Shown here piece by piece: positions 22,578-39,184 of a stretch of DNA of 64,000 bases (the first letter of the stretch is position 1; each line of letters starts with the position of its first letter). A model generated the notes under the pieces. It had not been told where the DNA came from, did no database searches, and worked only from the letters and a program-made list of their open reading frames with translations. A program made the position numbers and the translations under genes. Source of the DNA: Hormiphora californensis (lineage: Eukaryota > Animalia > Ctenophora); NCBI GenBank assembly GCA_020137815.1, contig CM035352.1:186001-250000 (forward strand), read 5' to 3'.

Positions 22578-23214
22578 TATAGGCATATCTTAATATTTTT
22601 TGATGCGGTTTTTTTGTACTGGCTAGACCTAACAATTCTCTATTGGGTAGCAAATTTGCAGCGAAATCGATTTTTTCCCTAAACGACCATCGTTACCCAC
22701 TGTGCTAAGATAGATAATTCTAAGTGGGAGGAGCTTGAATCCAGACTGAAGATTGACTTGCGAAGCACGGAAGAAAAAATCGTGGAACTTATTTGTGAAG
22801 CCAATAACATGCAGGAATTGATGAGCAACTCGAGCAGGGAATAGAAAACGTTTCAATTCTGGACAGCGCCTTCTTTAGAGAGGATAGTGAACTTCTCAAG
22901 GAAATTCATAAGTCAGTCACACCAATCGAGAAATCAGCAACAGAGATACCACCAACGGCTAGGGTCCTGGGGGTTGGTAATCAACAGAATCCCTCTCGAT
23001 CAACTAGAAACCGTCTACCATCAGAATTTGTTGTTCTTCTTCTTCTTCTGGGAGGACTTGTTCCCTTCAGACCTCGGAACCCCTCAACACAACAGATAGG
23101 TCGTGCCACTCCCGAACCTGACATCACGGGAAGAACCAAAACAACTGCTCTGATAACTGATAGTCTTCTTCGTTCAGCCCGCCCCAACGCAATCGGTAAA
23201 GGACATCAGTGCCA

Positions 23215-23400
23215 TGTTATCACATTTCACTTATTCACTTCTCACATTTCACTTCTCACTTCTCACATTTCACTTATTCACTTCTCACATTTCACTTATC
23301 ACTTCTCACATTTCACTTATCACTTCTCACATTTCACTTATCACTTCTCACATTTCACTTATCAGTTTCGTCACTTCTCACATTTCACTTATCAGTTTCG
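23215..23400. repeat. ~21-bp tandem repeat (cacatttcacttatcacttct)
   Basis: Directly visible, just upstream of the ORF1 copy. Confidence 0.88.
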
Positions 23401-23532
23401 TTTAAAAAAGCTCGCTCCTGATAGTTGCTTGTTCTTGCACCGTTGTACACGCGTGCCTTCACTACCTGGCGGCATGGCTGTCCAGGTACCCGTGCTGTTG
23501 CTTCTGATTACAGTCGGTTGGAGACGTCCATC

Positions 23533-25040
23533 ATGTCCACATTGAGACGAGTCGCGGGGTACCCTGACCCTAACAAGGAAAGCGGCACATTTGACCCGAA
23601 CAAGTTAACCAGCACCTATCTCTCTAAACTAGATACCAACAAGAAGGTCAGCTTTATCTCTGATCTGGCGGGTTTGCTTTGGTATCGTGCACTCCCTCTC
23701 GGTCGGTTAGCTAGGAAGAACTTGCTATCAGATAACACGCGGTCGGATCTGAGTAATTCTGTGTTTAGCACACGGAGCACCGTGAGAAATGAATCGAAAG
23801 AGAAGGTAGAGAAGCTCATGGAGCATCTGGACCACACCCGAGAACGTCTTGACAATGCTACAGATCTGCTATTAAAGTAAGAGTGGCGTGCCGTGTTTTC
23901 TCACAAAACTTAGTGGATGAACGGGGAGTACCACCAGGACCATTGGTAAGGTATCGAAAATTTCCAATTCTGTCGCGTTCATTAGTTATGACGTAATATG
24001 TTCATTATTTCAACTTTTATAAAATTGCTCTACAGAAAAATCGGTGCATTGTGGATTGAAATGGATGCTTGCATCGTGTTCAGCGTCAAAAAATAGCCGG
24101 GGTACCAAATTTTGGTGTCTCTACCTTATCTGTGACACGAGATATAGACAAATATCAAAAACGACCAAAGTGAGAGAAAGAGAGTTTGTTACAAGTGGGT
24201 GGCGCGCACAAACAACTAGCACCCAAAGATAACAATCTCTCTCTCACCCATTTTGGTCGTTTTTGATAATTGTCGATATCTCGCGTCACAGACAAGTTAG
24301 AGACACCAAAATTTGGTACCCCGGCTATTTTTTGACGCTGAACACGATGCAAGCATCCATTTTAATCCACAATGTACAGATTTTTCTGTAGAGCAATTTT
24401 ATGAAAGTTGAAATAATGAACATATTACGTCATAACTAATGAACGAGACAGAATTGGAAATTTTCGATACCGTACCAATGGTCCTGGTGGTACTCCCCGT
24501 TCATCCACTAAGTTTTGTGAGAAAACACGGCGCGCCACTCTTACTTTAAAGCGTGATTCTGAGATAATTGAACTGCAATCGGAGATCAGTGCCCTGAAAG
24601 ACTCGATCATATCAATGAAAGATACCATGCTAGAGAAGAGCGTGACCGCTGTACAGACTGTTGTTAAGGACGAGATCCAGAACTACTCTGCTGTTCTCCA
24701 GACAGCTGCTACTGCTGTGAACCAGACCTGTGTATCTGCCCTTGCTCCCAGTAAACTCCGAACAGCGATTGCCAGTGCTTCAGTAGACCGTAGTAGCAAC
24801 CTGATGGTGTATGGTCTCCCAGAGAGTAACCAGCAAAGTGACAGTACTTTAGTCAAGCAACTATTTGAACATTTGTCTGAAGCTCCAGTGTTATCAGTGG
24901 CGGCACGACTAGGAAAGAGAGAAGGTGAGAGGGCACGGCCAGTGCGGGTGGTGCTGAGGAACAGAGAGATTACCAGGACTATTTTGGGAAAATCGGTATC
25001 GCTAAAGGACTCAGACCAATATCAGTCAGTGTTCGTTGCA
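23533..25040 (+). pseudogene. LINE ORF1 split by a MITE (23533-23875 + 24550-25040)
   Basis: Removing the MITE restores ...ATDLLLKRDSEIIELQ...; then LAPSKLRTAI...DRSSNLMVYGLPE...RPVRVVL...SVFVA. Confidence 0.8.
23876..24545. mobile_element. Palindromic TTAA MITE with AG...CT termini (Kolobok-like, second family)
   Basis: ttaa-agtaagagtggcgtgccgtg...cacggcgcgccactcttact-ttaa. Confidence 0.87.
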
Positions 25041-25066
25041 CTCAAAGACCCACACAGTACCCCATA

Positions 25067-27300
25067 ATGCCCTGGACATGGAAAAGTTCGGAGAGTTCTT
25101 CAAAGATCTTAAATACGCAAACTCCCACTCAACTATATCGGACACCCAGAAATAACCAAGCTGAGAACAAGACCCCAATTGAAGATGCCCTTAAGAATCT
25201 GAACTCAGTCGTTACCCTTGAGGAAACAGTTAGATCCATTAAGCAGCTAAAATCCGGAAAAGCCGCTGGCCCGGATATGATCTCCAATGAGGTTCTCAAA
25301 CTACTTGACGAGGAACACCAACTGATGCTCACCCAGATATTTAACTGCTGTTTCAAGCAAGGCATTTACCCCTGGAACGCCAGTATTTAAATCACCCCGC
25401 TCCATAAAAAAGGGAGTACAAAGAATCCGGACAACTACCGAGCAGTCTCCGTGAGTAGTGCAATTGGTAAGCTAATGAGTTGCATATTACTGGAACGACT
25501 AAAGGAGTTCAGAAGTATTAAATGTCCTGACCACCCCAACCAACTTGGTTTCTGGAAGAAGTGCCAGACGAACGACCATTATATCTTCACAATGCTGACA
25601 CTTACCCAGAAAGCTAAACAGCAAAAGAAACCCCTGTTCGCAATAATGGTCGATTTCCGCAAGACTTTCGATAGCATTCCAAGGGAGGCACTTTTCTTAA
25701 AACTAGCAAGGATGGGAATCACCGGGAATTTTTACAACATTCCAAGGGATATGTATGGAAAATCATCAGGGACAATCAAGCTATCAGGCCATGTAAGCAG
25801 GGAGTTCCCTATCAGAAAGGGAACCGAACAAGGGCACCCGCTTTCACCTGAGTTGTTCAAGATTTTCTTGTACGACATGTCCCCACTCCTGGATAGGGAC
25901 CGACAGCAGTGAGAATCCATCCCTCAGAAATATCAAGGTGACACACCTCCTGTTCGCCGACGATCTGATAAATGCTCTCGCTATCGAGAAAGGCTGCCCA
26001 AAAGTAGGTTAAAATACTTTACAATTATTGCACAACCTGGGGGCTAGAAATGAACCTCGGAAAGACCAAGCTACTTGCCTTCAATGAGATTGATAAAGCC
26101 TAAAAACAACCCATATACCTATCCAGCACAGAGAAACTTGACGAAGCACCCAGCTACTGCTACCTAGCCATCAAAATGACATCTTCTGGAGACTTCAGTA
26201 TTGCCTCAAGAGCAGACCTCCACCTCAAAGCCACCAGAGCAGTATATGGACTCAAGAGGACCATTAGGAGAGACAAGGTATCCTTCAGTGCTGGGAGAGC
26301 GCTCTTTAATTCACTGATCAAGCCAATTCTACTGTATGGAGCTCCAATTCGGGCACCTGTGGACACCACGGTATCGCGGATCATCAAGGAGTCAGTACAT
26401 GGGGAAGCCAACAGTAGCCTTCTTCGAAAGATCTCAGCCGATAAATCGGCTCTCCTACCTGAAATGGCTCACAGGCGTTCTTAGCAAAACACAGAATGCA
26501 GCAATCTGGGGTGATAGTAATACCATCCCCTCAATGTGGAAGCACTCGACATTACCGTCAAGTACCTATCCAGGATTAAGACCCTCGATCCAACCTGGCT
26601 GGTCAATGCTGCTTACCATGAGCAGAAGAACCTTGGACTCCCCTGGTACAAATCATTAGTTCGACTCCTTAACACTGAACCACTCTATAGATTGAACCAC
26701 TTTGATGCCCTGGAAATCAAGGAAGGACGGAGGAAAGAACCAGAATTACCAAAAGTTAAACCCGCCCGAGCACAGACCCACGCCCCGAGTAGAATCTTCA
26801 GAGTCCCCTTAATTCACCAAAGAATTGCATCAACTTACTCCAAAGCCTGGAGCAACACTATCATTACCTCAAGGAAACTCGATTTCTATCAGAACTTCGA
26901 CCGGGAAAACGGTGTACAATCCTACCTGACTAATGTAACGAATTTTACCCATCGAGCAGCCCTGGCCAAGCTGAGAATGAGCTCACACTCCCTTAACATT
27001 GAAGTAGGGCGTCACCAAGGAATCGCCCGGGAGAATAGAAACTGACCCTACTGCAACATCACAATGGGTATAAGGCATAAGCACAACGGAAGCCGAGCTC
27101 CATGGGATCGACACCTGATTTGTGACCTCTACAACCCAGAAAGACAGACCCTGCTAACCGACCTCCCCAAAAGACAAGACCCCTCCCAGCCCATTCCCAT
27201 CATCTCCTCGATCATGTACACCACATCATAGCATTCACCTCGAACCTCCGGGCTCCTTGCACGTTTCGCCAGCGCTATCGAGTACAAGCGCGAGCGTTGG
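25067..27300 (+). pseudogene. Degenerate RTEX-like LINE ORF2 (reverse transcriptase and C-terminal region)
   Basis: LKSGKAAGPDMISNE, PDNYRA, VDFRKTFDSI, KGTEQGHPLSPELF, LFADD, LIKPILLYG, LAKLRMSSHSLNIEVGRH. Many frameshifts and stops. Confidence 0.85.
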
Positions 27301-27395
27301 ATGTCATCAATGACACCTCCCACTTAGCTTTCTCCCCTGTACTAGCTATGAAGTGGCAGCAGACTCCTTTTGTTTAGACCCCCTTCAGTGTTTAT

Positions 27396-28527
27396 GGTCT
27401 TGTTTTTTTTAACTGGTCGTCCGACCAAAATTTTTCAATCAATTATTCCGATAGATGGTGCGGTGTTCAAATTTAATTTAAAAAAAACCAGACCTCTATC
27501 TTACTCCTGAGCGGTGCTATTAATGAAAATACGACGTGCGGTGCTCTTGTGCGGTGCTGACCTCTAATTTGCCTCCTGATGCCTCTTATAAGTTGAAATT
27601 TCAGGAATCGATGGCCATAATTTTTCCCAATCAACAAAACCAACATCGATAAACATTTTACTCTTTTAGTGCGGTGCAGGCCTAAATTTCTGCTTTTTTC
27701 TTACTCTTGAAGGGTAAAATGAGCAAATAGCATTACGGTTTCTTGCACACCTTTTCTATCGACATTTCTTGATACTATGAACCTAAAATCAACACTAAAG
27801 TTTACTCATGGGGTGCGGTGCAGAGGCTTTAAAAGTGGTTGTATATTGCGACTTGTCAACTGCACCGCAATAAATGAGTAAATACGTCTGAAAACTAGCT
27901 AGTGGTGTAGCTAGTGTTTATATCAACTGTTTTTGATCAAAATTGGAGTCATTTACTCATTTGGTGCGGTGCATGGGCATTTTAATAGAACTTGATGTTT
28001 TCCGTGTCACCGCACCAAATAAGTAAATTTTTTGATTTCTTTTCAGCACTAATTGTTCCTTTACAAATGAGGAACGTATTAGTCAACATTTGGGGAATTT
28101 ATTTTAATTTATAATTATAAAATATTTATTTATTTATTTATTTATAATAGAGCCCATTTGATAGTATAAAACCTCGATTTAAAAATGCTGCTACTTTGAG
28201 TGCCAATTGCACCGCACTAGATGAGTCACATGCTTACTCATCGCTGTAGGCAAGATTTATAGAACAATTATCTGCAATTTTACTCAAAAATTGCAGTTTT
28301 ATTATTTGTCATGAAGATTTTGTGCCAGTTTTAGCAAACGTGGTCATATGCACCGCACAACACGAGTAAAGTTTAATAACACAAGCTTAAAATACTCTCA
28401 AGACACTTTTACATCATAGTTTTGATTTTTAGCAATTTTGAAAAAATATTTCTTACCTAAATACTCCTTTTTCCAAAATTTGTCAAATTTTCAGTCGAGG
28501 AGACGACCAGTTAAAAAAAACAAGACC
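27396..28527. mobile_element. TIR element with many gtgcggtgca subterminal repeats
   Basis: ggtcttgttttttttaactggtcgtc...gacgaccagttaaaaaaaacaagacc, flanked by ttat/ttaa. Confidence 0.75.
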
Positions 28528-29220
28528 TTAACATAAATGTTTTGATACCTAACGATAAGACCCCGGAATTTATATGTGTGTGAGTGGATTTTTAACTTGA
28601 TGTTATAAGTTTCACGAACAGGAAAGTGCTGATCAAGGGCAGTGCTATCCAGTTCTTACACTCATGGGAACATGAGTAGAACTAATTTACAAACCGTGTC
28701 AAACCGTGTCACACACACACACACACACACGTCACCCACACACTGATATTGATCAAGCGTTTGGATGATCAGAGGTGGGCGGAATGTTTGGCATCTGATT
28801 TTAGGTACATATCAAGAGAACTGCAAACAGACAACAGAGAATAGTTTAAGGCCTCTTCGCACATAGCTGCGGCCTGTCCCCAGCCGTTGTTGCATCGAAC
28901 CTGGATCCCTCTTTATTAACGGAACCAGCCATGCTGTTCCTGACGAGAGGAAGAAAGGGGAAGTGCTCCCTGGTTGGGGACAGGCCGTTGCTGTCTTCTT
29001 CATTTCACAGCCCCCGTGGGTTTTACTCACGGGCGTTCCACCCATGGGTTCCACCCATGTGGGTCATTCACGAGCACTCACACTAGTGTCGGCCAAATCG
29101 CAATGACGAAAGTCGCGATAGTTCTTTAGGGTTTCACACAGAAGAACAAGAACAAGAAGAAGATGTCAAGTATGTGTCAAATTTTTCAAGCTGGAGATGT
29201 TAATCTTTACAATTTTTCAG

Positions 29221-29371
29221 GCTGGACGATATCTTCCAGAGTACCGAGAACTTCGAAAACAATACGATTTTTTTACTATATGCCAAACACCTGAGCTAGC
29301 ATGTGAAGTTACACTACAACCAATTAGGCGTTTCGAGCTGGATGCAGCTATTATATTTTCTGACATTCTAG
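29221..29371 (+). CDS. UROD: Uroporphyrinogen decarboxylase, exon 2
   Basis: tttttcag acceptor; AGRYLPEY...[27 protein letters not shown]; GTATGT donor, phase 1. Confidence 0.96.
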
Positions 29372-29417
29372 GTATGTTATACATGTGTAAATACTATTAT
29401 GTGTCTTTTTTCAGGTA

Positions 29418-30105
29418 TTTTTTCCCTGCCCGGGTGATTGCCGAAGGCAATCACCCGGGATGATCTTTTTAGCACGCACGTGCTAAAAAGATCATTCAGG
29501 GTTTAGAAATCAGCAGATTGTGTAGTTAACTAAAAGTGTCCGTCCGTCCGTCCGTCCGTCACGGACAACGCCTAACAACAAGTCTGCTCCTTCATAAAAC
29601 TTTCATCTCACGATTCGTTGATTCAATAAAGGAAATGATTAACACACATTGTGGCACGCAATTACTCGCTGATAGCACTTCCCACTATCACCTGAAATCA
29701 CTTTGGGCGCCCTACATCCATGCTATGAAGTGGTAGAACGTCTTCCAAGCATGAAACTACTGTCACACTTGAGACTCGAGTTGAGATGCGGTTAAAGTTG
29801 AAGCACTTGGTAACCAACTGGGGTCTCCTAAGCAACTGCCTTGGTTGCCATAGCAACTGTCTTGGTTATCATAGCAACTGCTTTGATTACCATAGCAACT
29901 GCTTTGGTAACCATAGCAACTGCTTTGGTAACCATAGCAACTTACTTAGTTACCTTAGTAACCAACATCGCATCAGCCAAAAAATGCTATTTGAGCACAA
30001 AATTCATCAGGAAATCCAGTTTTGAAGCTTATCCATCAATTTTAAATCCATTTGTGGCAGGGAAACACCGCATTATGAATACATAATGCAATAATTCTTG
30101 TTTTT
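29418..30105 (+). mobile_element. Helentron-associated / DINE-1-like non-autonomous element (HINE)
   Basis: 5' subTIR tttccctgc plus hairpin, (gtcc)n microsatellite, 3' subTIR gcagggaaa, terminal stem-loop gcattatg-aata-cataatgc, T-run ends. Other copies at 42862-46460, 51765-56670 (-) and 61205-61315 (-). Confidence 0.72.
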
Positions 30106-30332
30106 AGCGGTGTGCGAACTCTAGTGCTACACTCTAAGTCTAAAGAGGACTATATATCTAAATTTAGATTTAGATAAAGAGTCCAAATAATTATAAACTA
30201 TAGGAGGAGATAAAGAGTCCAAATAATTATAAACTATAGGAGGACTCTTTATCTAAAAAGTCTACACAGGGCGGACTCTTTATCTAAAAAGTTTAAACTA
30301 AGTGGACTCTATATCTACATAAATCTAAATTA

Positions 30333-30496
30333 TCTTTGCTTATAAAGGGATTACTGGTAAAGCGCTCGACAGGATCAAGATTCTGGAGCTGATTACAAAG
30401 TAATACAAGGTCGTTTACTCAGAGTTTCATGCTTTCGCAATCGTCTGACGATTGCGAAAGCATGAAACTCTGAGTAAACGACCTTGTATTACTTTG
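30333..30496. mobile_element. 164-bp Penelope-type mini-insertion: ~60-bp tail plus a 107-bp perfect palindrome carrying a hammerhead core
   Basis: 13-bp TSD taaatctaaatta (30320-30332 / 30497-30509). The empty site is visible in the paralogous element near 54620-54640. Confidence 0.75.
30441..30483 (+). ncRNA. Minimal type-I hammerhead ribozyme motif
   Basis: CTGACGA-T-TGC-GAAA-GCA-T-GAAA-CTC-T-GAG-TA. Confidence 0.65.
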
Positions 30497-30583
30497 TAAA
30501 TCTAAATTAGATATAGAGCCCGCCTTTCGCCGCGAACTCGAGATTTCGGCCGTTAGGCCGGAAACGAGAGTTTGCTCTACCCA

Positions 30584-30886
30584 TCTAACTATATCTAATG
30601 CAAATTTGCACGGAAATGTGACACCCTATCGTCAATGTGACGATGTGATCCGTCAATGTGACGACGTGATCCGTCAGCGTGACGACATGATCCATCAGTG
30701 TGACGACGTGATTCGTAGGTATCACGTATCACATGTGTTGAGAACTGCTTGCGACTTGAGGGGTCACATCACATGTATAAAAGGGAGAGAAAGAGAGGGA
30801 TCACATCACATAGCATATAGCAGACAGGCAGAGAGAAAAACAGACCCCTCGATTTGCGATCGGTACGATCGCCCCCGTTTTGCTAG
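30584..30886 (+). mobile_element. Non-autonomous Helitron
   Basis: A|TC start, subterminal hairpin gcgatcg-gta-cgatcgc, CTAG|T end, internal 21-bp repeats. Second copy at 43187-43506 (-). Confidence 0.85.
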
Positions 30887-32062
30887 TATATACTAATTTA
30901 GAAGTGTAAGGGCCGTTATTTGGGTTCGGGGTTAGGGTTAGGGTTAGGGTTAGTATTAGGATTAGGTTTTGGGTTGGGTTAGGATTTTAGACATAGAGTC
31001 CGGGTTGGAGGATTTGGCGCCAAAATGTACTAGAGGACTCTATGTCTAAAAAGTCTACACAGGGAGGTCTCTTTATCTAAACTTTTTTCAAAATCTAACT
31101 GTAGATAAAGAGTCCGTTTTTAGATATAGAGTCCGCCTTGGATTTAGATAAAGAGTCCGTTAGGACTAGAGTCCGCCCACCTTTTTTAGCACACACGTGC
31201 AAAAAATATCATTCAGGGATTAGAAATCAGCATTGTAGGGGTTAACTAAATGTATCTGTCTGTCCACCGGCTGGCTGCGAACTGCCTTCGTCCCCAAAGT
31301 TATGCCACTACGGATTATGGTGGTGCATGCTCAAAAGTAGTATGAAGACTATTGGAACAAGGATATTGTATTAAATATGCACTGAACTGCTGTAGACATC
31401 ACCCACTCACTTCATACACACACAACACCCACACACATGACCAAGCCTGTACAACAGGTTATTGATCACCGGCTGTATTACAGCACGAAAGAGCCGTCAC
31501 TAGTATCGTGCAGGGATCCGAAGATCATGTAATGATAACAATTAATATGACGTGATCAACTACTATAGCCCAACTGTTCATTCTGAGAATTCTGATACAG
31601 TGGGTGTTGTGTGTGTATGAAGTGAGTGGGTGATGTCTACAGCAGTTCAGCACTGCTGATAATAAGAGCCCTGTTTATACGCCTAATCTGTTCAGATAGC
31701 AATGAAACACAAGGATTGTTGCTATCCGAGATTCCTGAATATAAAGATACGCCAATTCGAATAGTACTGTGGGTATGTGCCTAGATTAATCGAACCCAGT
31801 GGATTCCCTTGGTAACTCCCATGTTAAACAAGGAGACGAAACTGGGGGGTTGGAGTTACCTCATATATCAGTACGGCAAATAATATCTTTGTATCAGAAT
31901 TCTCAGTATGAACAGTTGGGCTATAGCAGTTGATCACGTCATATTAATTGACTATTGGAACGTGAGAAGTTTTCCATGCAGCAGCCAGCTATCAAAAGTT
32001 CTGGATTTCTATATCAGGTAACGTTTTGCATGACTAAGTTCTCACAGTTGCAATTTTTACAG

Positions 32063-32415
32063 TGATTCCCCAAGCTCTTGGAATGGAAGTTCTTATGAAA
32101 CCAGGCATTGGTCCTGTCTTCACCGAACCTTTAAACACACCAGCGGATATGGAAAAACTTGATATGAATGTTGATGTAATAGAAAAGTTATCGTATGTTT
32201 ATGAGGCTATAAGTTTAACACGGTGCAGATTGGAAGGGACAGTCCCATTGATAGGATTCAGCGGTGCCCCATGGACATTAATGGCATACATGATAGAAGG
32301 TGGAGGAAGTAAGACTATGAATAAAGCTAAAAAATGGCTTTATGCGAGTCCCAATGAAAGTCATACACTACTGCAAGTTATCTCGAAAACAATCACAAAA
32401 CATCTCATTCAGCAG
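32063..32415 (+). CDS. UROD: Uroporphyrinogen decarboxylase, exon 3
   Basis: tttttacag acceptor; VIPQALGM...VPLIGFSGAPWTLMAYMIEGGGSK...LIQQ; GTATG donor, phase 0. Confidence 0.96.
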
Positions 32416-33506
32416 GTATGTATTGAAAAAATCCATTTTTATGTTTGACTTTTCAAACAGACTGATGAAATCGGGGGTGGGTTGAAATCGTGTTCTGATA
32501 AAACTTGATCAAAATTTAGCTAAAGCCAGGGCTGGCTCCAGCCCGATATTTCTGGGGGGGGGGGTGCAGTGGCCGAAGGCCACTGTTCCCTAAAAGTAGC
32601 ATTAAATTCAGTGATTTAATTCGGTTGTGATCAGTCAAAAATTTTACTGAAAATTTTGTATTTTTGGGGTGGTTTCCCAATCCAAATGGTCTCAGATAGT
32701 CTTGGCAGCTTCGCTCATCACCCTTCTGGAGCCAGCCCTGGCTAAAGCTCCACTTTGCCAACCTAGACTGCCTTTCTCAGTCAAGGGTATCTGTATACCG
32801 ATCTATTCCGCGATGCTGCGTTGTGGGGCTCACGTGCACGTGATGAGTGCTGAAAAAATACTCTGCGCTCTCCCTCGCAGTCTAATCACTGTCTCTCACT
32901 TTGAGTGAGAGAAAGGGAGAGAAAGAAAGATGGTGAGACGGAGAGAAAAAAATAAGAGAAAGAAAGAGGGTGAGATGGAGAGAAAAGAGAAAAATGTGTG
33001 TGTTTGAGAATGTGTCTTATGAATCGGAGAAATGTCGGTGCTGCGGGGCTTTGGGTGGCCATTTATACCAAGTGGCCATTTGTACCATGAATCAGGCTTT
33101 TCAGCATTTTTTCTTTTTTTCACTTTTTTTTCTTGCACATTTTCCTACTTTTATTTGCAGTAGTAGTGGGGACGAATTTAAACTTTTTGAGTTTTTATTT
33201 GTCGGAAAGCAAATTCCGGTTGTAACCGACTAATTTTGTACAAGGAGTACAAGCGTGTTTACAAGGGGACCCCAACAGGCCCCAACTTGAGGGGCTCCCC
33301 CTGGGCCCACATTGGGCGCCGGGCGGGTGGGGCGTGTACCTATGTTTTTTGGGACTCCAATAGCATGCTTGTTACGATGTAGTGTTCAAAATAATTAAAT
33401 AAAATTTGGGTTTTTAGGCCCTTTAAACTAACGGCTAAGTCGACAAAAATTTCACTTAGCACACCCAGTGGACACTCCCCCCACCCTTTAATGCAACATC
33501 CCACAG

Positions 33507-33789
33507 GTTGTAGCTGGTGCTCAGATAATACAGGTGTTTGAGAGTAGTGCCGAATTCCTAGGGACAGATGCATTCAATAAGTTCTGTATACCTTACCTGA
33601 AGGAAATTGCAACAAACGTGATTAACGGTTTACTGGATCGACATATCGAACCCGTTCCTATGATAATATTCGCCAAGGGAGCAAGTCATTCTATATCCAA
33701 ATTATCTTACCTTGGATTTGATGTCGTGGCAATTGACTGGCTTGTGGATCCAAAAGTTGTTAGAGACTTTTGTCACATTACTGTTCAAG
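33507..33789 (+). CDS. UROD: Uroporphyrinogen decarboxylase, exon 4
   Basis: ccacag acceptor; VVAGAQIIQVFES...PMIIFAKGA...IDW...TVQ; GT donor, phase 1. Confidence 0.95.
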
Positions 33790-34021
33790 GTACATCGAGA
33801 AAAATCTTTATTTAAACAGCACACCTATAACCAAGCCGAAAACTAAAAGAAGTTAGTCCCTACTATTCTTAGCTACTCTATTCTTAGCTTCTCTCTTTCT
33901 AAAGTTCATGTGTTCTCTCTTTCTTTCTTTCTCACTCTCTCTAACTCTCTCTTTGATTTACCAGTGAAACACATGTTTTTCTTGTGTTTTCTTTGATTGC
34001 CATTTAATTTATGTATTCCAG

Positions 34022-34245
34022 GAAATTTGGATCCGTGTGCGTTGTATTCTTCAAAAAGTGAGCTGAAGGAAATGGTCAAGACGATGGTAGAAGATTTTGG
34101 TGTTCGAGGTTATATTGCCAACCTTGGCCACGGAATTTATCCTGACATGGATCCTGACAGTGTGAAGACATTAGTGGATACAGTACACAGCGTCAGCGAA
34201 GAATTGATTAGGAAAGGAGATATCTTCACTCAACTTTATACTTAG
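34022..34245 (+). CDS. UROD: Uroporphyrinogen decarboxylase, exon 5 (stop); spliced CDS 1113 nt = 370 aa
   Basis: ttccag acceptor; GNLDP...YIANLGHGIYP. All five exons join in frame. Confidence 0.95.
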
Positions 34246-34570
34246 AAATATGAAATCTTTAAAACTGTTTGGATTGCTCGAGGTCCAAAGGTGTCAATTT
34301 ATACAGTAAAGATTATTTACCAGAAGATACCTGAAACGGTTGGTCGTTTATGATGATAAAGTTGGATTTTTTGAAGTTGTCACCCCCCCCCCCTTCTAGT
34401 GTGCTCATTTTTTGTGCATCACATCACATGATGCACACGTCGAAATTGATAAATTTCATATGCGTGTGCATTTGGGGGTGACAACTTCAAAAATCCGACT
34501 TTAGTTTAACTGTTACTCAAATGTCAAATACTAAAGTGTGATATACCGTGGTTACATATTATATATATAT

Positions 34571-35450
34571 CACTGCGCTGGCAAGCGCAAAGGTTGCCAT
34601 TCCCCCTCCCCCAAAAGCGCTGCCAGAAACGCAGTTATACGTTTTATGGGTGTTTGGCTAAAAAACCGGATTTCGAAAGGCTATAGCATCGCTCTCTTTC
34701 ATCGGATTGACTTGAAATTTGGAATGTATACCCGGCTTGGGGTCCTTTACTTAAGTTTAAAATTTCAAGTCTCTATCTCATCTGGGACGGAAGTTACAGA
34801 CTGGTCCCATTTGCTGAAGATTCAGTGTAACGGACGCGCGCGTACGCGCGCGCATAGGAGAGACGCTTTTTCTGAGCACGGTTCTGAACAAACGGAAAGA
34901 GATAGAGACTTATCGTTTTCACTAGCTTGTAGATCTACTCAATTATTGTGTTATTAGCGGGGTGAGGTTTTCAATCATCCCCAGGAACGTCCTACAGAAC
35001 GTCTTAAAGTCGTCATTTTTCAGACTCTGACCGAACTTCTTTGAGCTCAATTTACACCCTTAAGACGGATTCTAATCGAAAAACGAAGACTATATCATGG
35101 AAAGAGAATTGTCTAAACTTTCAGAAACTATATTTCGAATTTTCAAAACTGCATGTATAAGGGTCTTAAAACGCGTCTGAAGTGTCATGACTGTTTAAAA
35201 ATAGGTATGACGATATGGGTTTTTTCGCCATAGCGATCTCAAATCGTATCCAATCGATCTCAAACTCGGTCAGTATCTTCATCTAGGTAATCCGGATGAT
35301 ATGACGTCGTAATTATGACGTCATAACGTCGTGACGTCATTTTATGACGTCAAAATGACGTCAAAAATGAAATTTTCTCAATTTCGCGATTCAATCCTCT
35401 CTGTACCTGTTTTACTACATCTAAATGGATAAAAATCCCAAAAATGATGC
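34571..35450. mobile_element. Interspersed repeat starting cactgcgctggcaagcgcaaagg (unclassified)
   Basis: A closely similar copy lies at 62996-63545. Confidence 0.65.
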
Positions 35451-36368
35451 AAATTATACCAAAACTAATTGAAATTAGTAGGCCGGAAAGGTTGCCCTAT
35501 GATTTGAGCTACCTTTGGCACCAGTACATTCCCTTTTGAAGATAGAGTAAGCATCTGCCATACCCTGTCTGTACCCCGTGAATGTTACGTTGACAAAGAT
35601 AGCTCAAATCATAGGGCAACCTTTCCGGCCTACTAATTTCAATTAGTTTTGGTATAATATATATATATATATATATATATACCACCTATCATATCGTATG
35701 ATTAATTCCTTCCTCGATGACCCAAGATCGAGAATGGTCATCCCTTTTTTGACCGTTTTTCCCGTGGTCAAAGTTATTTGAAAATAGTTTAAAGTGAGAG
35801 TGGACAGAATCAGAATTGGATAAGTTTTTTGGAGGAAGTAGATATTAATTCTATGAGTATTTTGCCTTTTTGCCGCTCAAAATCGACCCATCCATCACTG
35901 AGATATTTTTGTTACTCTCGGGGAATTATTGCTGGATCAATATTTATCAAACAGGATAGAAACAATCCTTGTGTTTTACTAACACATTCTTTAAATTTTT
36001 AATATGCTGACTTGCATTGCTCTGCTTCTGTGCATGGACATGTCAACCTCACTGCTTATATTCAGAATATGTTAGTAAAACACGACGATTGTTTCTATCC
36101 TGTTTCATACATACTGATTAAACAGGAATTCCCCGAGAGTAACAAAAATATCTCAGTGATGGATGGGTCGATTTTGAGCGGCAAAAAGGCATAATGCTCA
36201 TAGAACTTATCTCTAAAACCTCGAGCAAACTTGTCCAATTCTGATTCTGTCCACAAGATAGTGCCATTCTGCAATCGTGTTATAAGAGTGCAAACCATAC
36301 CACTAAACCACGGAGACGCTGACTAAATTGCCATTTAACGCTCCAGTTACAAATTGGAAACTGACATC

Positions 36369-39184
<2,816 letters not shown>

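Larger units (their letters stand above)
30109..31181. mobile_element. Mutator-like non-autonomous element with (ggttag)n tract
   Basis: TIR ggtgtgcgaactctagtgcta / taggactagagtccgcccacc, with ~9-bp TSD (g/t)tttttagc. Second copy at 54455-56591. Confidence 0.75.

Noticed and set aside
14754-34245. Bacterial hemE or horizontal transfer
   Set aside because: The gene has four canonical spliceosomal introns and sits in a eukaryotic repeat landscape.
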